32,000 nucleotides of DNA from Methanothermobacter marburgensis str. Marburg (GTDB taxonomy: Archaea > Methanobacteriota > Methanobacteria > Methanobacteriales > Methanothermobacteraceae): contig NC_014408.1 of NCBI RefSeq assembly GCF_000145295.1, forward strand, positions 1,440,001-1,472,000, written 5' to 3'. The position numbers and the translations under genes are program-made. Every line of letters starts with the position of its first letter. Position 1 is the first letter of the stretch. The notes below the pieces were generated by a model. It ran no database searches. It saw only the letters and a program-made list of their open reading frames with translations, and was not told the origin of the DNA. This document shows, one piece after another, positions 1 to 9,256 of the stretch.

Positions 1-102
1 GTAGTTTAATTTTTAAATGTACATCCTCATGGGGCGTTACATATAAAAAATAGAATTATGCCAGGTCCTCAACACCACACTGCACCTGAGATAATAAGAA
101 TG

Positions 103-1191
103 TTAGTTCTGCCCGAAGAAATCCCTGACAGAATCCACAATCCTTTCAAGGTCCTCATCAGTAAGGGCAGGGTGTACCGGTAGCGATAGGACCTCCTCCG
201 CAGCCTTTTCACTGACCGGACAGCTGGCATTGAAGCCCATCCTCCGGTAGAGTTCCTGCCTGTAGATGGGTTTCGGGTAGTGAATCCCGGTACCTATGCC
301 CCGCTTGTTGAGGAATTTCATGAGCCTGTCCCTTGAACCCGGAACCCTCAGGGTGTACTGGTGGAAGACGTGTTTAACCCCCGCTGCAACGTGGGGTGTT
401 GATACTCCCTCAAGGTCCCTGAGGCTATCTGTGAGGTACTCTGCATTTTTGATTCGCCTTCTGTTGAAGTCTTCAAGTTTTCCTAGCTGGGCTATGCCAA
501 TGGCCGCGGCAATATCGGTCATCCTGAAGTTGTAGCCAAGGTAAGCGTGATTGTAGCGCTCTGTCTCCCCGTGGGCCCTCAGAATCCGTGCCATTTCTGC
601 AATTTCCTCATTATCAGTTGTTATCATCCCGCCCTCGCCTGTTGTGATGTTCTTTGTTGGGTAGAAACTGAAGCATGCGGCATCCCCCATTGAACCCACC
701 ATCCTCCCATGATACTCTGCACCATGGGCCTGGGCAGCATCCTCAATCACCAGGAGGTCATGATCAGCAGCCAGGTCCAGGATGGGGTCCATGTCGGCGG
801 GCTGTCCGTAGAGGTGTACGGGTATTATTGCCCTTGTGCTGGGTGTTATGAGTTCCTCGATCCCCTCAGGATCTATGTTGTAGGTTTCGGGATCTATATC
901 TGCAAATACAGGCTCAGCACCAACGTATAGGGCTGCGTTTGCCGTTGCAGCGAAGCTGAATGGTGTTGTTATAACCTGGTCCCCTTTTCCAATCCCTGCG
1001 GCCAGGAGGGCGAGGTGGAGGGCTGTTGTCCCTGAACTTGTTGCAACAGCGTGTTCCGTACCCACGCAGGATGCAAACTTCTCCTCAAATTCCGCCACCC
1101 GTGGTCCCTGGGCAATGAATCCCGATTTAAGTACCTTCACGACTTCCTCTATTTCCTCTTCATCGATTATGGGAGTAGCAACCGGTATCAT
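103..1191 (-). CDS. DegT/DnrJ/EryC1/StrS-family PLP-dependent (sugar) aminotransferase
   Basis: 362-aa ORF. Family hallmarks are readable: N-terminal '[26 protein letters not shown]', 'EDAAQAHGA', and the PLP-lysine motif '[18 protein letters not shown]'. Confidence 0.85.
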   Translation of the reverse strand: MIPVATPIIDEEEIEEVVKVLKSGFIAQGPRVAEFEEKFASCVGTEHAVATSSGTTALHLALLAAGIGKGDQVITTPFSFAATANAALYVGAEPVFADIDPETYNIDPEGIEELITPSTRAIIPVHLYGQPADMDPILDLAADHDLLVIEDAAQAHGAEYHGRMVGSMGDAACFSFYPTKNITTGEGGMITTDNEEIAEMARILRAHGETERYNHAYLGYNFRMTDIAAAIGIAQLGKLEDFNRRRIKNAEYLTDSLRDLEGVSTPHVAAGVKHVFHQYTLRVPGSRDRLMKFLNKRGIGTGIHYPKPIYRQELYRRMGFNASCPVSEKAAEEVLSLPVHPALTDEDLERIVDSVRDFFGQN

Positions 1192-1237
1192 GTGAACACC
1201 TGAGTAAGAGTTACTGAGTTATTAGTTTCTCACTGGC

Positions 1238-1291
1238 ACTTAAAAAGTGATACCCTAACCCTGCAATCAGTTAAAATGTGATAACCCAACC
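1238..1291. repeat. Two copies of a 23-bp box (period 31 bp) upstream of the aminotransferase gene
   Basis: acttaaaaagtgataccctaacc (1238-1260) versus agttaaaatgtgataacccaacc (1269-1291), 19/23 identical. On the minus strand each box contains a TATA-like A/T run (ttttaa). A regulatory function is only inferred. Confidence 0.5.
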
Positions 1292-1322
1292 AGGTTACTC
1301 CGATTCAGTGGGTTATTAATCC

Positions 1323-2222
1323 TCATCCACGGTACCTCAGAACATCCAGCACATCCCCATAGCGTCCCCTGAATAGTATGGCCACAAGAAGAGCCGATGC
1401 AAGGATCAGTGCCAGTGGGGAGGCGTAGGGATCCGATGGGCTTACCATCAGGGATGGAAGGTTTCCAAGACCGGCCTCCGGGGAGCTGTGTATAACACTG
1501 ACATAGAGGTTGTTTGCAATATGCACCCCCATGGCGAGTTCCACACCATCATCTGCGAGTGTTATGAGTGCAAGTACCAGCCCAATGATGAATGTGCTTG
1601 CTGTTATTGAAAGGCTCATTGTAAGGTTCGTGCCATTCCACCAGTGAAGGATTGAGAATATAAGTGAATTCATGATCATCAGTGGGATGGGCCTCTTAAT
1701 GATCATCCACATCCCCTGCATGAGGTATCCCCTGAAGAATATCTCCTCAAAGGAAGCCTGCACAGGAAATGCAAGTAATGCAAGTATCAGAAGCCACCAG
1801 AATGCTGGTGTGAACTTAAGTCTGACGGAAGACGGATCCATCACAATCGAGATCAGGTCAAGGATCCCGACAATAATAAACCAGGCCACCCCTCCACTGA
1901 GTATCCGCCTCCAGTCGACACTACCCCTTGAGTTCACGGCTGATATGAAATCACGCCTGTGGATGAACTTCAACCCAACGTAGAGAAAGAACATTGAGGT
2001 AGAAAAGGCCACTGCCACCATGATGAGTAAAGCTGGCCAGCTGAAGCCCGGGATGTCCCCAAATGCATCCATTCTCCCTGTGATTATGAGGATGGCCACC
2101 AGGAATAACCCCACCATAAAACCGGCGCCCACATTGGACACCACGAAGCTAAGGAGCACCGTCAGCATATAACGCCATGGCTCATTTCTTCCAGTGTAGA
2201 CTCTGTCCAGAAAATCCCTCAT
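1323..2222 (-). CDS. CPBP-family (CAAX/Abi-type) intramembrane metalloprotease
   Basis: 299-aa polytopic hydrophobic ORF with the three CPBP motifs: 'EEIFFRG' (EExxxR), 'FSILHWW' (FxxxH) and 'HIANN' (HxxxN). Confidence 0.8.
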   Translation of the reverse strand: MRDFLDRVYTGRNEPWRYMLTVLLSFVVSNVGAGFMVGLFLVAILIITGRMDAFGDIPGFSWPALLIMVAVAFSTSMFFLYVGLKFIHRRDFISAVNSRGSVDWRRILSGGVAWFIIVGILDLISIVMDPSSVRLKFTPAFWWLLILALLAFPVQASFEEIFFRGYLMQGMWMIIKRPIPLMIMNSLIFSILHWWNGTNLTMSLSITASTFIIGLVLALITLADDGVELAMGVHIANNLYVSVIHSSPEAGLGNLPSLMVSPSDPYASPLALILASALLVAILFRGRYGDVLDVLRYRG

Positions 2223-2312
2223 TGATTCACCGGCCCTCCTACTAAATCCTGTCTGAGTATCACAGTAATCACTAAATCATCCGGCACTAATAAACATATT
2301 GATGTTAGTCGG

Positions 2313-2438
2313 GTTGGATGCTGATCCCTGGTATGTAACTGAGATTGATGTGAGTCTCAATGTTGGATGCTGATCCCTGGTATGTAACTGAGATTGATGT
2401 GAGTCTCAATGTTGGATGCTGATCCCTGGTATGTGACT
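2313..2438. repeat. 49-bp tandem direct repeat, about 2.6 near-perfect copies, in the divergent intergenic region between the CPBP gene and trm1
   Basis: The unit gttggatgctgatccctggtatgtaactgagattgatgtgagtctcaat occurs at 2313-2361 and 2362-2410, identical by eye. A third partial copy lies at 2411-2438 (one a>g change). Weaker, degenerate resemblance continues to about 2540, e.g. ttggatgtaagtcccgaactataactgtggatt. Confidence 0.95.
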
Positions 2439-2562
2439 GCGTTTCATTAGGGTTGCTCCCAGAGTATAAGAATGTGAATGTTAATCGAGTTTCATTTATT
2501 GGATGTAAGTCCCGAACTATAACTGTGGATTATTATCGTGTTTAGGTAGGGAAGTGTTGAAT

Positions 2563-3708
2563 ATGATAACCATAAATGAGGGTTCAGTCACAATTGAGGT
2601 TCCGGATTTCAGTAAGGTATCATCCAGGGCCCCTGTCTTCTATAACCCTGTGATGGAGTTCAACAGGGATGTGTCGGTGCTTGCGGTTCAGGCCTTTCAG
2701 CGGATACTTGATAGGGAGATAAGTGTAGCGGATACATTCTCAGGGAGCGGCATAAGGGCCATAAGGTACCTGGTGGAGGTTGATGGTGTCTCTGAGGCCG
2801 CTGCAAATGATATAAACCCCCTTGCAGTTAAATGCATAGAGCATAACTCAGAGCTGAATTCTGTATCCCCCCTGGTCAGCAGGGAGGATGCTGCTATCTT
2901 CCTCAGAGGGAACCCCGGCCGCTTTGATGTTATCGATGTGGACCCCTTCGGGACTCCGGCGCCATTCATGGACTCTGCGGCGGCATCCGCCAGGAACAGG
3001 TCACTCCTTGCTGTTACCGCCACGGACACCTCGGGTCTCTGCGGAACCTATATAAAACCCTGCCTCAGGAAGTACTCGGCAAGGCCCCTCAAAACAGAGT
3101 ACTGTCATGAGACAGGGCTGAGGATACTTGCAGGTTTCACTGCAATGAACCTTGCCAGGTACAGTAAGGGTGCATCATTCCTTCTATCACACAGCAGCCA
3201 GCACTACATGAGGATCTATGCCCATGTGAGGAGGGGTGCCAGGAGGGCCGATGAAACCCTCAAAAACATTGGCTACATACTCCACTGCTTCAGCTGCCTT
3301 CACCATGAAGATGTGAGGGGTGTGCCTGAAGACAGGAAATGCCCCCTCTGCGGGGCTAAAATGGATGCTGCCGGACCCCTCTGGCTCGGGGACCTGCATG
3401 ATGAAAAATTCATCGGATCCATGATGGCTGAAGCTAAAAATAAATCCCTCAATAAATCAGAGGATGTCCTGAAACTGCTCAAGACCTGTATTGGGGAGGT
3501 GGGAATGCCGCCCGGATTCTATGACGTCCATGAGATCTGCAGCAAGCTGGGTGTGAGTGCCCCCCCTCTTATGGATGTTATGGGTGGTCTTGGGGAGGCA
3601 GGGTTCAGGGTTTCAAGGACCCATATAAGGCCAACCGGCATAAAAACAGATGCAGGGGTCAGGGAGATTGAGGAGATCATAATGGACCTCCACGGTTCCC
3701 GTTCGTAG
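2563..3708 (+). CDS. trm1: tRNA (guanine26-N2)-dimethyltransferase Trm1
   Basis: The ORF is open from GTG 2554 and the ATG at 2563 is preferred. Trm1 hallmarks: 'FYNPVMEFNRD', the SAM-binding 'DTFSGSGIRAIRY', and a Cys cluster 'CFSCLHH...CPLCG'. Confidence 0.9.
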   Translation: MITINEGSVTIEVPDFSKVSSRAPVFYNPVMEFNRDVSVLAVQAFQRILDREISVADTFSGSGIRAIRYLVEVDGVSEAAANDINPLAVKCIEHNSELNSVSPLVSREDAAIFLRGNPGRFDVIDVDPFGTPAPFMDSAAASARNRSLLAVTATDTSGLCGTYIKPCLRKYSARPLKTEYCHETGLRILAGFTAMNLARYSKGASFLLSHSSQHYMRIYAHVRRGARRADETLKNIGYILHCFSCLHHEDVRGVPEDRKCPLCGAKMDAAGPLWLGDLHDEKFIGSMMAEAKNKSLNKSEDVLKLLKTCIGEVGMPPGFYDVHEICSKLGVSAPPLMDVMGGLGEAGFRVSRTHIRPTGIKTDAGVREIEEIIMDLHGSRS

Positions 3709-3746
3709 TCCTAAAATTCAAATCCCTATTCAACCAAAAACTGTGC

Positions 3747-4433
3747 TCATTCATAGTTCAGCATGTTGTGGGTGTAGTAGTACTGAAGGGCCCTTGCATT
3801 CTTGATTTCAAAGTTCCGGTAGGGGTTGTTGAGGTAAGGGAAGATTATTCCCCTTATAACATAGTAGTATGCTGCGATGGGCCCGTACTCTTCCCTTGCA
3901 ATTTTGTAGTACAGGGGAAAACCGCACCCCTGGTTTATGAAAATGTCCCCCTCCCTGACAGTCCCGTGGTACACCATTGGTATGGGGCCCACCTGCCCGT
4001 GCTCCGCGGCCCTCTCCTTTATATAAGCCAGTGCCTCATCCAGTGTATCAAATTCCTTACCATCTGAACGGTAGGTCCACTTGTCGTCAGGGACACCATA
4101 TATTCCCTCCTGCCAGACCTCATTCCAGTCTATGCCAGGATTGTACTGCTTTTTCTCGACGTATGCAAGTTCAAGGATGTAGACATCCCCCTCCATGTAG
4201 CAGCGGTAATTGGAGCTTCCCCCATAGTGGACAACAAGGATGCACCTTGATCCCCTTTCCCGGGCATAATCTGCAAGCAACTTTGAGTGTATGTGACCAG
4301 GGTACATGTCGGGGTTTGCGATTTTAACGAATCCGAGCCTCCCCAGTGGTTCAAAATCTCCTGAAGTGGATGTAAAGTAGAAGTAGCCCCCGACGATCAC
4401 CAGCAAAGCAACGATTAGTATCCCCTTCTTCAT
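3747..4433 (-). CDS. Hypothetical protein with an N-terminal membrane anchor or signal ('MKKGILIVALLVIVGGYFYF')
   Basis: 228-aa ORF with no competing frame. One N-terminal hydrophobic helix is followed by an aromatic-rich soluble domain. No family recognised. Confidence 0.6.
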   Translation of the reverse strand: MKKGILIVALLVIVGGYFYFTSTSGDFEPLGRLGFVKIANPDMYPGHIHSKLLADYARERGSRCILVVHYGGSSNYRCYMEGDVYILELAYVEKKQYNPGIDWNEVWQEGIYGVPDDKWTYRSDGKEFDTLDEALAYIKERAAEHGQVGPIPMVYHGTVREGDIFINQGCGFPLYYKIAREEYGPIAAYYYVIRGIIFPYLNNPYRNFEIKNARALQYYYTHNMLNYE

Positions 4434-4559
4434 CCATTCACCCGCTCTTTTGTATTATTAACTGTGCAGCGATTTATATCTTCCTCTAAACAGATTAGGC
4501 AGTTTTATATATAATCATTTATATAATTTTAGCTGCGGAAATCCGCGGAGGTGTGAAAA

Positions 4560-5233
4560 TTGGATATAGGTGAAATTGTAAACGACGCCATAAGGTATCC
4601 CTCCAGTGACTGGAAGAAGGTCATAATACTCGGTGTCCTTATGATAGCCAGTGTTGTCATAATACCCATCTTCCTGGTCATGGGATACGGCTTCAGGGCC
4701 CTCAAGGCCTCAATAGCGGGTTTTGATGAGCTTCCTGAATTGATGAATGGGGTGAAATGTTCGTTGATGGATTAAAGGTCTTCGTTGTCCAGATTGCATA
4801 CATGATAGTTCCACTGATAATAATATTTGCAGGTACTTTCGGATCCCTGGCAATGATTTCACCAAGCGGTGTTATCACAGACCCCACAGCCTTCACAGGT
4901 CTCCTTGGAGGTACTGTGATAATCGGTGTGATACTTGCAATAATCCTTGGGCTCATAGAGACCATTGCAATAGCACACATGGCCTACAATGACAGTGAAC
5001 TTGGAGCAGCATTCAGGTTCGGTGAAATACTGGATGTGATCTCCCAGATCGGATGGATCGACTACATCATCTGGTACATCGTTGTCGGCCTCATCGCAGC
5101 TGTTATTGCATTCATTGCGGGTCTCCTGAATTCAATACCCATCATCGGTACCCTCATAGCACTGCTCATAATATACCCCTACATCCAGCTCTTCTTTAAC
5201 AGGGCCCTTGCACTCAGGTACGCCTACGAATAG
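4560..5233 (+). pseudogene. DUF4013-like polytopic membrane protein interrupted by a 1-nt frameshift (ORFs 4560..4775 and 4757..5233)
   Basis: TTG start at 4560, 6 nt after GGAGGTG (4547-4553). The first frame ends '...[17 protein letters not shown]'. The -1 frame, open from 4739, reads '[15 protein letters not shown]...'. Joined, this gives the contiguous motif 'LPE(x)[12 protein letters not shown]' typical of this family, so about 1 nt is missing near 4740-4742. Confidence 0.7.
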
Positions 5234-5240
5234 ATTAACC

Positions 5241-5254
5241 TTTTTTTACTTTTT
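5241..5254 (+). terminator. Oligo-T tract (T7 then T4) downstream of the DUF4013 gene
   Basis: tttttttactttt lies 8 nt after the stop codon. Archaeal intrinsic termination typically uses such T-runs. Confidence 0.4.
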
Positions 5255-5339
5255 CCTGTTTCAGCTAAACATTTATAAGGGAATAGCTCCTATCTATAAA
5301 AGTTAATAACTTCTTCTAAAACACCATACTTTAAAAAAG

Positions 5340-5347
5340 TTTATAAT
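5340..5347 (+). promoter_or_regulatory. TATA-box-like element (tttataat) with a purine-rich BRE-like run upstream, for the Lrp gene
   Basis: aaaaaagTTTATAAT lies about 40 nt upstream of ATG 5387. GGTGA (5377-5381) fits as the ribosome binding site. Confidence 0.35.
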
Positions 5348-5386
5348 ATAACTTCCATAGGTATACATTGTTTAGTGGTGATTCCA

Positions 5387-5860
5387 ATGGATGATGATCT
5401 AGTCAAAATCGATGATATTGACAGAAAAATAATAGACCTCCTAAATGAAGATGGACGCATGTCCTACAGGAACATCTCAAGGATACTCGATGTCTCGGTG
5501 GGTACCGTGCACAACCGTGTTGAGAAGCTGGTCAAGAAGGGTGTTATAAAGAAATTCGTGCCAGTGATAGACCACTCCAAACTTGGATACAAACTCACAG
5601 CCATAATAGGTGTTAAGGTCAAAGGTGGTGTTCTGAGGAACTGGGAGACGCGGACAGCCTACCACAAAAACGTCCTTGCAGTCTACGACGTCACAGGAGA
5701 ATTCGACGCCATACTCATAGGGAAATTCAAGGATACCGGGGAGCTGGATAGCTTCATCAAGGGTTTGCTGAGTGAGGGTGACGTTCAGAGGACCTACACC
5801 CAGACAGTCCTCAACATAGTGAAGGAGGACATGACCTCCACCAAGATGATAGGCGATTAA
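5387..5860 (+). CDS. Lrp/AsnC-family transcriptional regulator
   Basis: The N-terminal HTH 'IDRKIIDLLNEDGRMSYRNISRILDVSVGTVHNRVEKLVKKGVIKKF' is followed by an RAM/AsnC_trans_reg-type C-terminal domain. ATG 5387 is preferred over GTG 5375. Confidence 0.9.
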   Translation: MDDDLVKIDDIDRKIIDLLNEDGRMSYRNISRILDVSVGTVHNRVEKLVKKGVIKKFVPVIDHSKLGYKLTAIIGVKVKGGVLRNWETRTAYHKNVLAVYDVTGEFDAILIGKFKDTGELDSFIKGLLSEGDVQRTYTQTVLNIVKEDMTSTKMIGD

Positions 5861-5891
5861 TTATTTATTCCCCTGCACCAAAAATTCAACC

Positions 5892-6887
5892 ATGGCCATT
5901 ATACACTCCAGCACCTATGACCTCCACAACAATGAGGGCCATGTTGAGAACAAGGGGAGGACAGGTGCAATCATTGACGCCCTGAAGTCCTCGGGGCTCC
6001 AGCTGAAGTTCATGGAGCCAAGGATGGCAGGTGTCCATGATATCCTAATGGTCCACAGCAGCGTCCATGTGGAGTACCTCGAGGTGTTCTCAGGGAGGGG
6101 CGGTGGATGGCTGGACTATGACACCTACATGACACCTGAGAGCTTCAGTGTGGCGAGGCTCGCCGCAGGTGGCGCCATGGTCGCGGCTGAGGAGGCATTG
6201 AAAAGTGGATGGGGATACTCCGTTGCAAGACCCCCAGGTCACCATGCCACCTATGACAGGTCCATGGGTTTCTGCATATTCAACAACATCGCCATAGCCA
6301 TTGAGCACAGCCGCAGGAACCTCGGGATTTCAAAGGCTGCTGTAATTGACTTTGACGTTCACCACGGAAACGGAACATCAAGCATATTCTACACCGACCC
6401 GGAAGTCATGTACATCTCGGTGCACCAGGACCCCAGGACACTCTTCCCAGGGACAGGATTTATTGAAGAGATAGGAGAGAGTGATGGTAAGGGCTTCAAC
6501 CTCAACATCCCCATGCCCAGGGGTTCAGGAAACAACGACTATATCTGGATACTCTCAGAGGTGCTCCCCCAGGTACTCAGTGAATTCAGGGCAGATATGT
6601 TATTCGTATCTGCAGGGTTCGATGCCCACAGGCTGGATCCGCTGGCAGATATAATGGTGGATGAGGAGTTCTTCTCATGGATGGGATGGTTCATCCATGA
6701 CACAGGGCTGCCATGCGCAGCTGTGCTTGAGGGAGGCTATGACCTCCAGGCCCTTGGAAACTCAAATGTCTCATTCATTGAGGGCCTTGAGGGTTCCAGT
6801 GTTAAGGTGGAATATGAGAGGTCACCGGCTGTGGCTGAAATCTTCAATGAGATTAGCGATGTGTTTTCACCATTCTTCAATTTCTGA
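5892..6887 (+). CDS. Histone deacetylase-family enzyme (acetoin utilisation AcuC / acetylpolyamine amidohydrolase-like)
   Basis: 331 aa. Class I/II HDAC motifs: 'RPPGHHA', 'DFDVHHGNGT', 'SAGFDAH' and 'LEGGYD'. Confidence 0.9.
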   Translation: MAIIHSSTYDLHNNEGHVENKGRTGAIIDALKSSGLQLKFMEPRMAGVHDILMVHSSVHVEYLEVFSGRGGGWLDYDTYMTPESFSVARLAAGGAMVAAEEALKSGWGYSVARPPGHHATYDRSMGFCIFNNIAIAIEHSRRNLGISKAAVIDFDVHHGNGTSSIFYTDPEVMYISVHQDPRTLFPGTGFIEEIGESDGKGFNLNIPMPRGSGNNDYIWILSEVLPQVLSEFRADMLFVSAGFDAHRLDPLADIMVDEEFFSWMGWFIHDTGLPCAAVLEGGYDLQALGNSNVSFIEGLEGSSVKVEYERSPAVAEIFNEISDVFSPFFNF

Positions 6888-6899
6888 GAGGGTCAGAAG

Positions 6900-7568
6900 A
6901 TGGAAAAAATCAGGCTTGAACAGGCAGAGGAGCTTATAAGAAAATCATGCACGAATATCCGGAGGGAATCCAGGTTCAGGGACCCCCATGATGGTGTCAT
7001 AGACACCAGAAAATTTCAGGAGGCCCTGATGGAACTCATTGAAGCCGAGGACCATATATATGCCAGCCTTCCATCCCATGAGCTCACCGGGGAAGATGCA
7101 TACGATTTCTGCAGGAGGCTCATGGCCTCCAGGGAGGCCATTGACGGCATGCTTGCAGATTTCGGTGTCATTGAACGTGAAGACCCATCTGAAAGGATAA
7201 AAGAAGCTTCGAAGGGTAAACTGATACTTGTGAATAATTCATCAGTTAAAAAGCTCCTTGTTAAGGCCGGCGTTGAGCCGGGGAATATCCTGGTTGCAGG
7301 TGCGCCCCTCTCAGTGGATGATATGAAGAAGATAAACCCCCGGATCCCTGATGCTGCCCTTAAGGGTATAGAGAAGAAGATAGAGCACCTTAAGAATGAC
7401 ATTGAAAGGAAGCTTGAAGACCTTGGGGAAATCCTCGTTATAGGGGAGCCCGATAAAAGCACAGGCCTCCTTGCATCAAGGGCTGAAGAACTGTATGGTG
7501 CCGGTGTGAGACTGAATGAGAATATCAGGGACCTCACCCCTGAGGAGATACTGAAACTCCTCTCATAG
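6900..7568 (+). CDS. Conserved-looking hypothetical protein (222 aa, acidic, helical)
   Basis: Long ORF in the same orientation, 12 nt after the HDAC stop. The antisense 173-aa ORF is Ser/Leu-rich shadow. No family confidently recognised. Confidence 0.6.
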   Translation: MEKIRLEQAEELIRKSCTNIRRESRFRDPHDGVIDTRKFQEALMELIEAEDHIYASLPSHELTGEDAYDFCRRLMASREAIDGMLADFGVIEREDPSERIKEASKGKLILVNNSSVKKLLVKAGVEPGNILVAGAPLSVDDMKKINPRIPDAALKGIEKKIEHLKNDIERKLEDLGEILVIGEPDKSTGLLASRAEELYGAGVRLNENIRDLTPEEILKLLS

Positions 7569-7832
7569 ATTGATTATTGCCTGAGGTATCTTTTGATGGT
7601 AGAATGATGCCTTCAGTCACAGCATGACCCAAGGTTCCGGTACATCCTCCATTATTGCACCATTTCAGAAAAGACCGGACTGAAATTCCATCAAAGAAAC
7701 CAATCCGCCTTACACGGGACTTCAGTGTAATATTATGTTTCATGGGACTCATAATCACCTGACAAGTATATAAGCAAAGTTTTCATACTATACTTAAAAA
7801 CCTAGGTAACCATTACTTATGGGGTGTAAAAT

Positions 7833-8789
7833 TTGGGTTTAGTTTGTTTTCCAGATACACAGGACAAGATTCCTAGCATCCCCGTTCACCTTACAAGGGT
7901 GGGTGTTACAGGTGTTAAGAAGCTTCTGAAGATAGAAAGGGATGGTAGAAGACCCATAATACTTCTTCCAACATTTGATGCATTTGTGGACCTTCCGAGC
8001 AGGCAGAGGGGGATCCACATGTCAAGGAACCCCGAGGCCATAAGTGACGTCCTCGAGGAGGTTGTTGAAAACAACGCCCTTGAACTGGAATCCCTCTGCG
8101 CAGAGATAGTCAATGAACTCCTCAAAAAGCACAGGTACGCCCGCAGAGCCGAGGTGAGCATGAAGAGCGACTTCATGTTCATGAAGAAATCCCCTGTCAC
8201 CGCCAAGAAGAGCCAGGAGATGACAAAGATCATGGCAGACGCCATCGGGTACCGGGACGATGACGGTATAGTCATACGCAAGATGATAGGGGCAGAGGTG
8301 GTAGGGATGACCGTGTGCCCCTGTGCACAGGAATCGGTTAAGGAAACATCCCGTCAGAATCTCCTGGAATTCCTTGACCCTGAAACAGTTGAAAGGGTTC
8401 TTGACTGTGTATCCTTCGCCTCCCACAACCAGAGGGGGCGCGGCATGATAATGATAGAGGTCCCAGAGGACCAGACGATAAGGGCCGAAAACCTCATAAA
8501 CATCATAGAGAGCTCCATGAGTTCACCTGTCTATGAACTCCTCAAGAGGCCCGATGAAAATGCCGTTGTTGTGAGTGCCCATGAGAACCCCATGTTCGTT
8601 GAGGACTGCGTCCGTAACATGGTGCACAGGATAGTCAGCGAGTACCCCCACCTCCCCGACGACACTATAGTCACCGTAAGGCAGATAAACGAGGAGAGCA
8701 TACACAGACACAACGCCTTCGCTGAGAAGGTTGCGACAATGGGGGAACTTAGATACGAGATAGAGGAACTTAACGGATCAGAGGAGTGA
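7833..8789 (+). CDS. mptA: GTP cyclohydrolase MptA (FolE2/GTP cyclohydrolase IV family), methanopterin pathway
   Basis: 'VHLTRVGVTGVKKLL' and 'QRGIHMSR' match the FolE2/MptA family signature regions, and 'CPCAQE' is present. TTG start at 7833 lies 6 nt after GGGGTG. The upstream in-frame ATG 7819 runs into a stop. Confidence 0.8.
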   Translation: MGLVCFPDTQDKIPSIPVHLTRVGVTGVKKLLKIERDGRRPIILLPTFDAFVDLPSRQRGIHMSRNPEAISDVLEEVVENNALELESLCAEIVNELLKKHRYARRAEVSMKSDFMFMKKSPVTAKKSQEMTKIMADAIGYRDDDGIVIRKMIGAEVVGMTVCPCAQESVKETSRQNLLEFLDPETVERVLDCVSFASHNQRGRGMIMIEVPEDQTIRAENLINIIESSMSSPVYELLKRPDENAVVVSAHENPMFVEDCVRNMVHRIVSEYPHLPDDTIVTVRQINEESIHRHNAFAEKVATMGELRYEIEELNGSEE

Positions 8790-8797
8790 TAACCTTG

Positions 8798-9235
8798 ATG
8801 AAACTGCACAGGATAGCCGGGGAGATCATGGGTTACTTTGAAGCTTTTGAGGGCTCAAGACCAGCCCTTGACTCAAAGGAGATACTAATAGTTAGGGGAA
8901 TGTCAAGAAAGAGGATGAACATTGAGGACATGGGCAGGGAACTTGATGGCCTTATAGAGAAACTGGGTGCAGAGGAACTGGAGCTCATATCCGAGGAGGG
9001 CACGGCCCTCATTGGTGTGATGGATGAGCAGATAAGGTCCTGTGTTGAGGTAGGGACAGAAACCGATATCGGAGGTATCCACAGGCTCAAGGAGGCCCTT
9101 GAGGATATGAACTTCAGCGTGGATTACAGGCTCTGCATGACAGAGGATACAGGGCTCTTTGTTGTTCTCTACAGGGACCGGAGTGGTGTGGGGCCCTGCT
9201 TTGTTGAGGTTGTTGTCTCTGATATTTCAGATTAA
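8798..9235 (+). CDS. Hypothetical protein (about 145 aa) translationally linked to mptA
   Basis: The ORF is open from GTG 8786, overlapping the mptA stop. ATG 8798 follows GGAGGAG (8780-8786). Acidic soluble protein, no family recognised. Confidence 0.5.
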   Translation: MKLHRIAGEIMGYFEAFEGSRPALDSKEILIVRGMSRKRMNIEDMGRELDGLIEKLGAEELELISEEGTALIGVMDEQIRSCVEVGTETDIGGIHRLKEALEDMNFSVDYRLCMTEDTGLFVVLYRDRSGVGPCFVEVVVSDISD

Positions 9236-9256
9236 ACTTATTTTAGCGGTGCTCCC

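Noticed and set aside
2313-2438. The 49-bp tandem repeat as a CRISPR array or a C/D box sRNA
   Set aside because: The repeats are directly adjacent with no unique spacers, so this is not a CRISPR array. The unit contains TGATGTGA and CTGA strings, but the spacings (16-17 nt and 14 nt) do not fit the constrained archaeal C/D box layout of about 12 nt.
7534-7758. 74-aa minus-strand ORF between the 222-aa hypothetical gene and mptA
   Set aside because: It overlaps the 3-prime end of the plus-strand gene by 35 nt, and I recognise no family or motif. It does have an AGGTGA-like sequence near its start, so it is not impossible, but the support is too weak to annotate.
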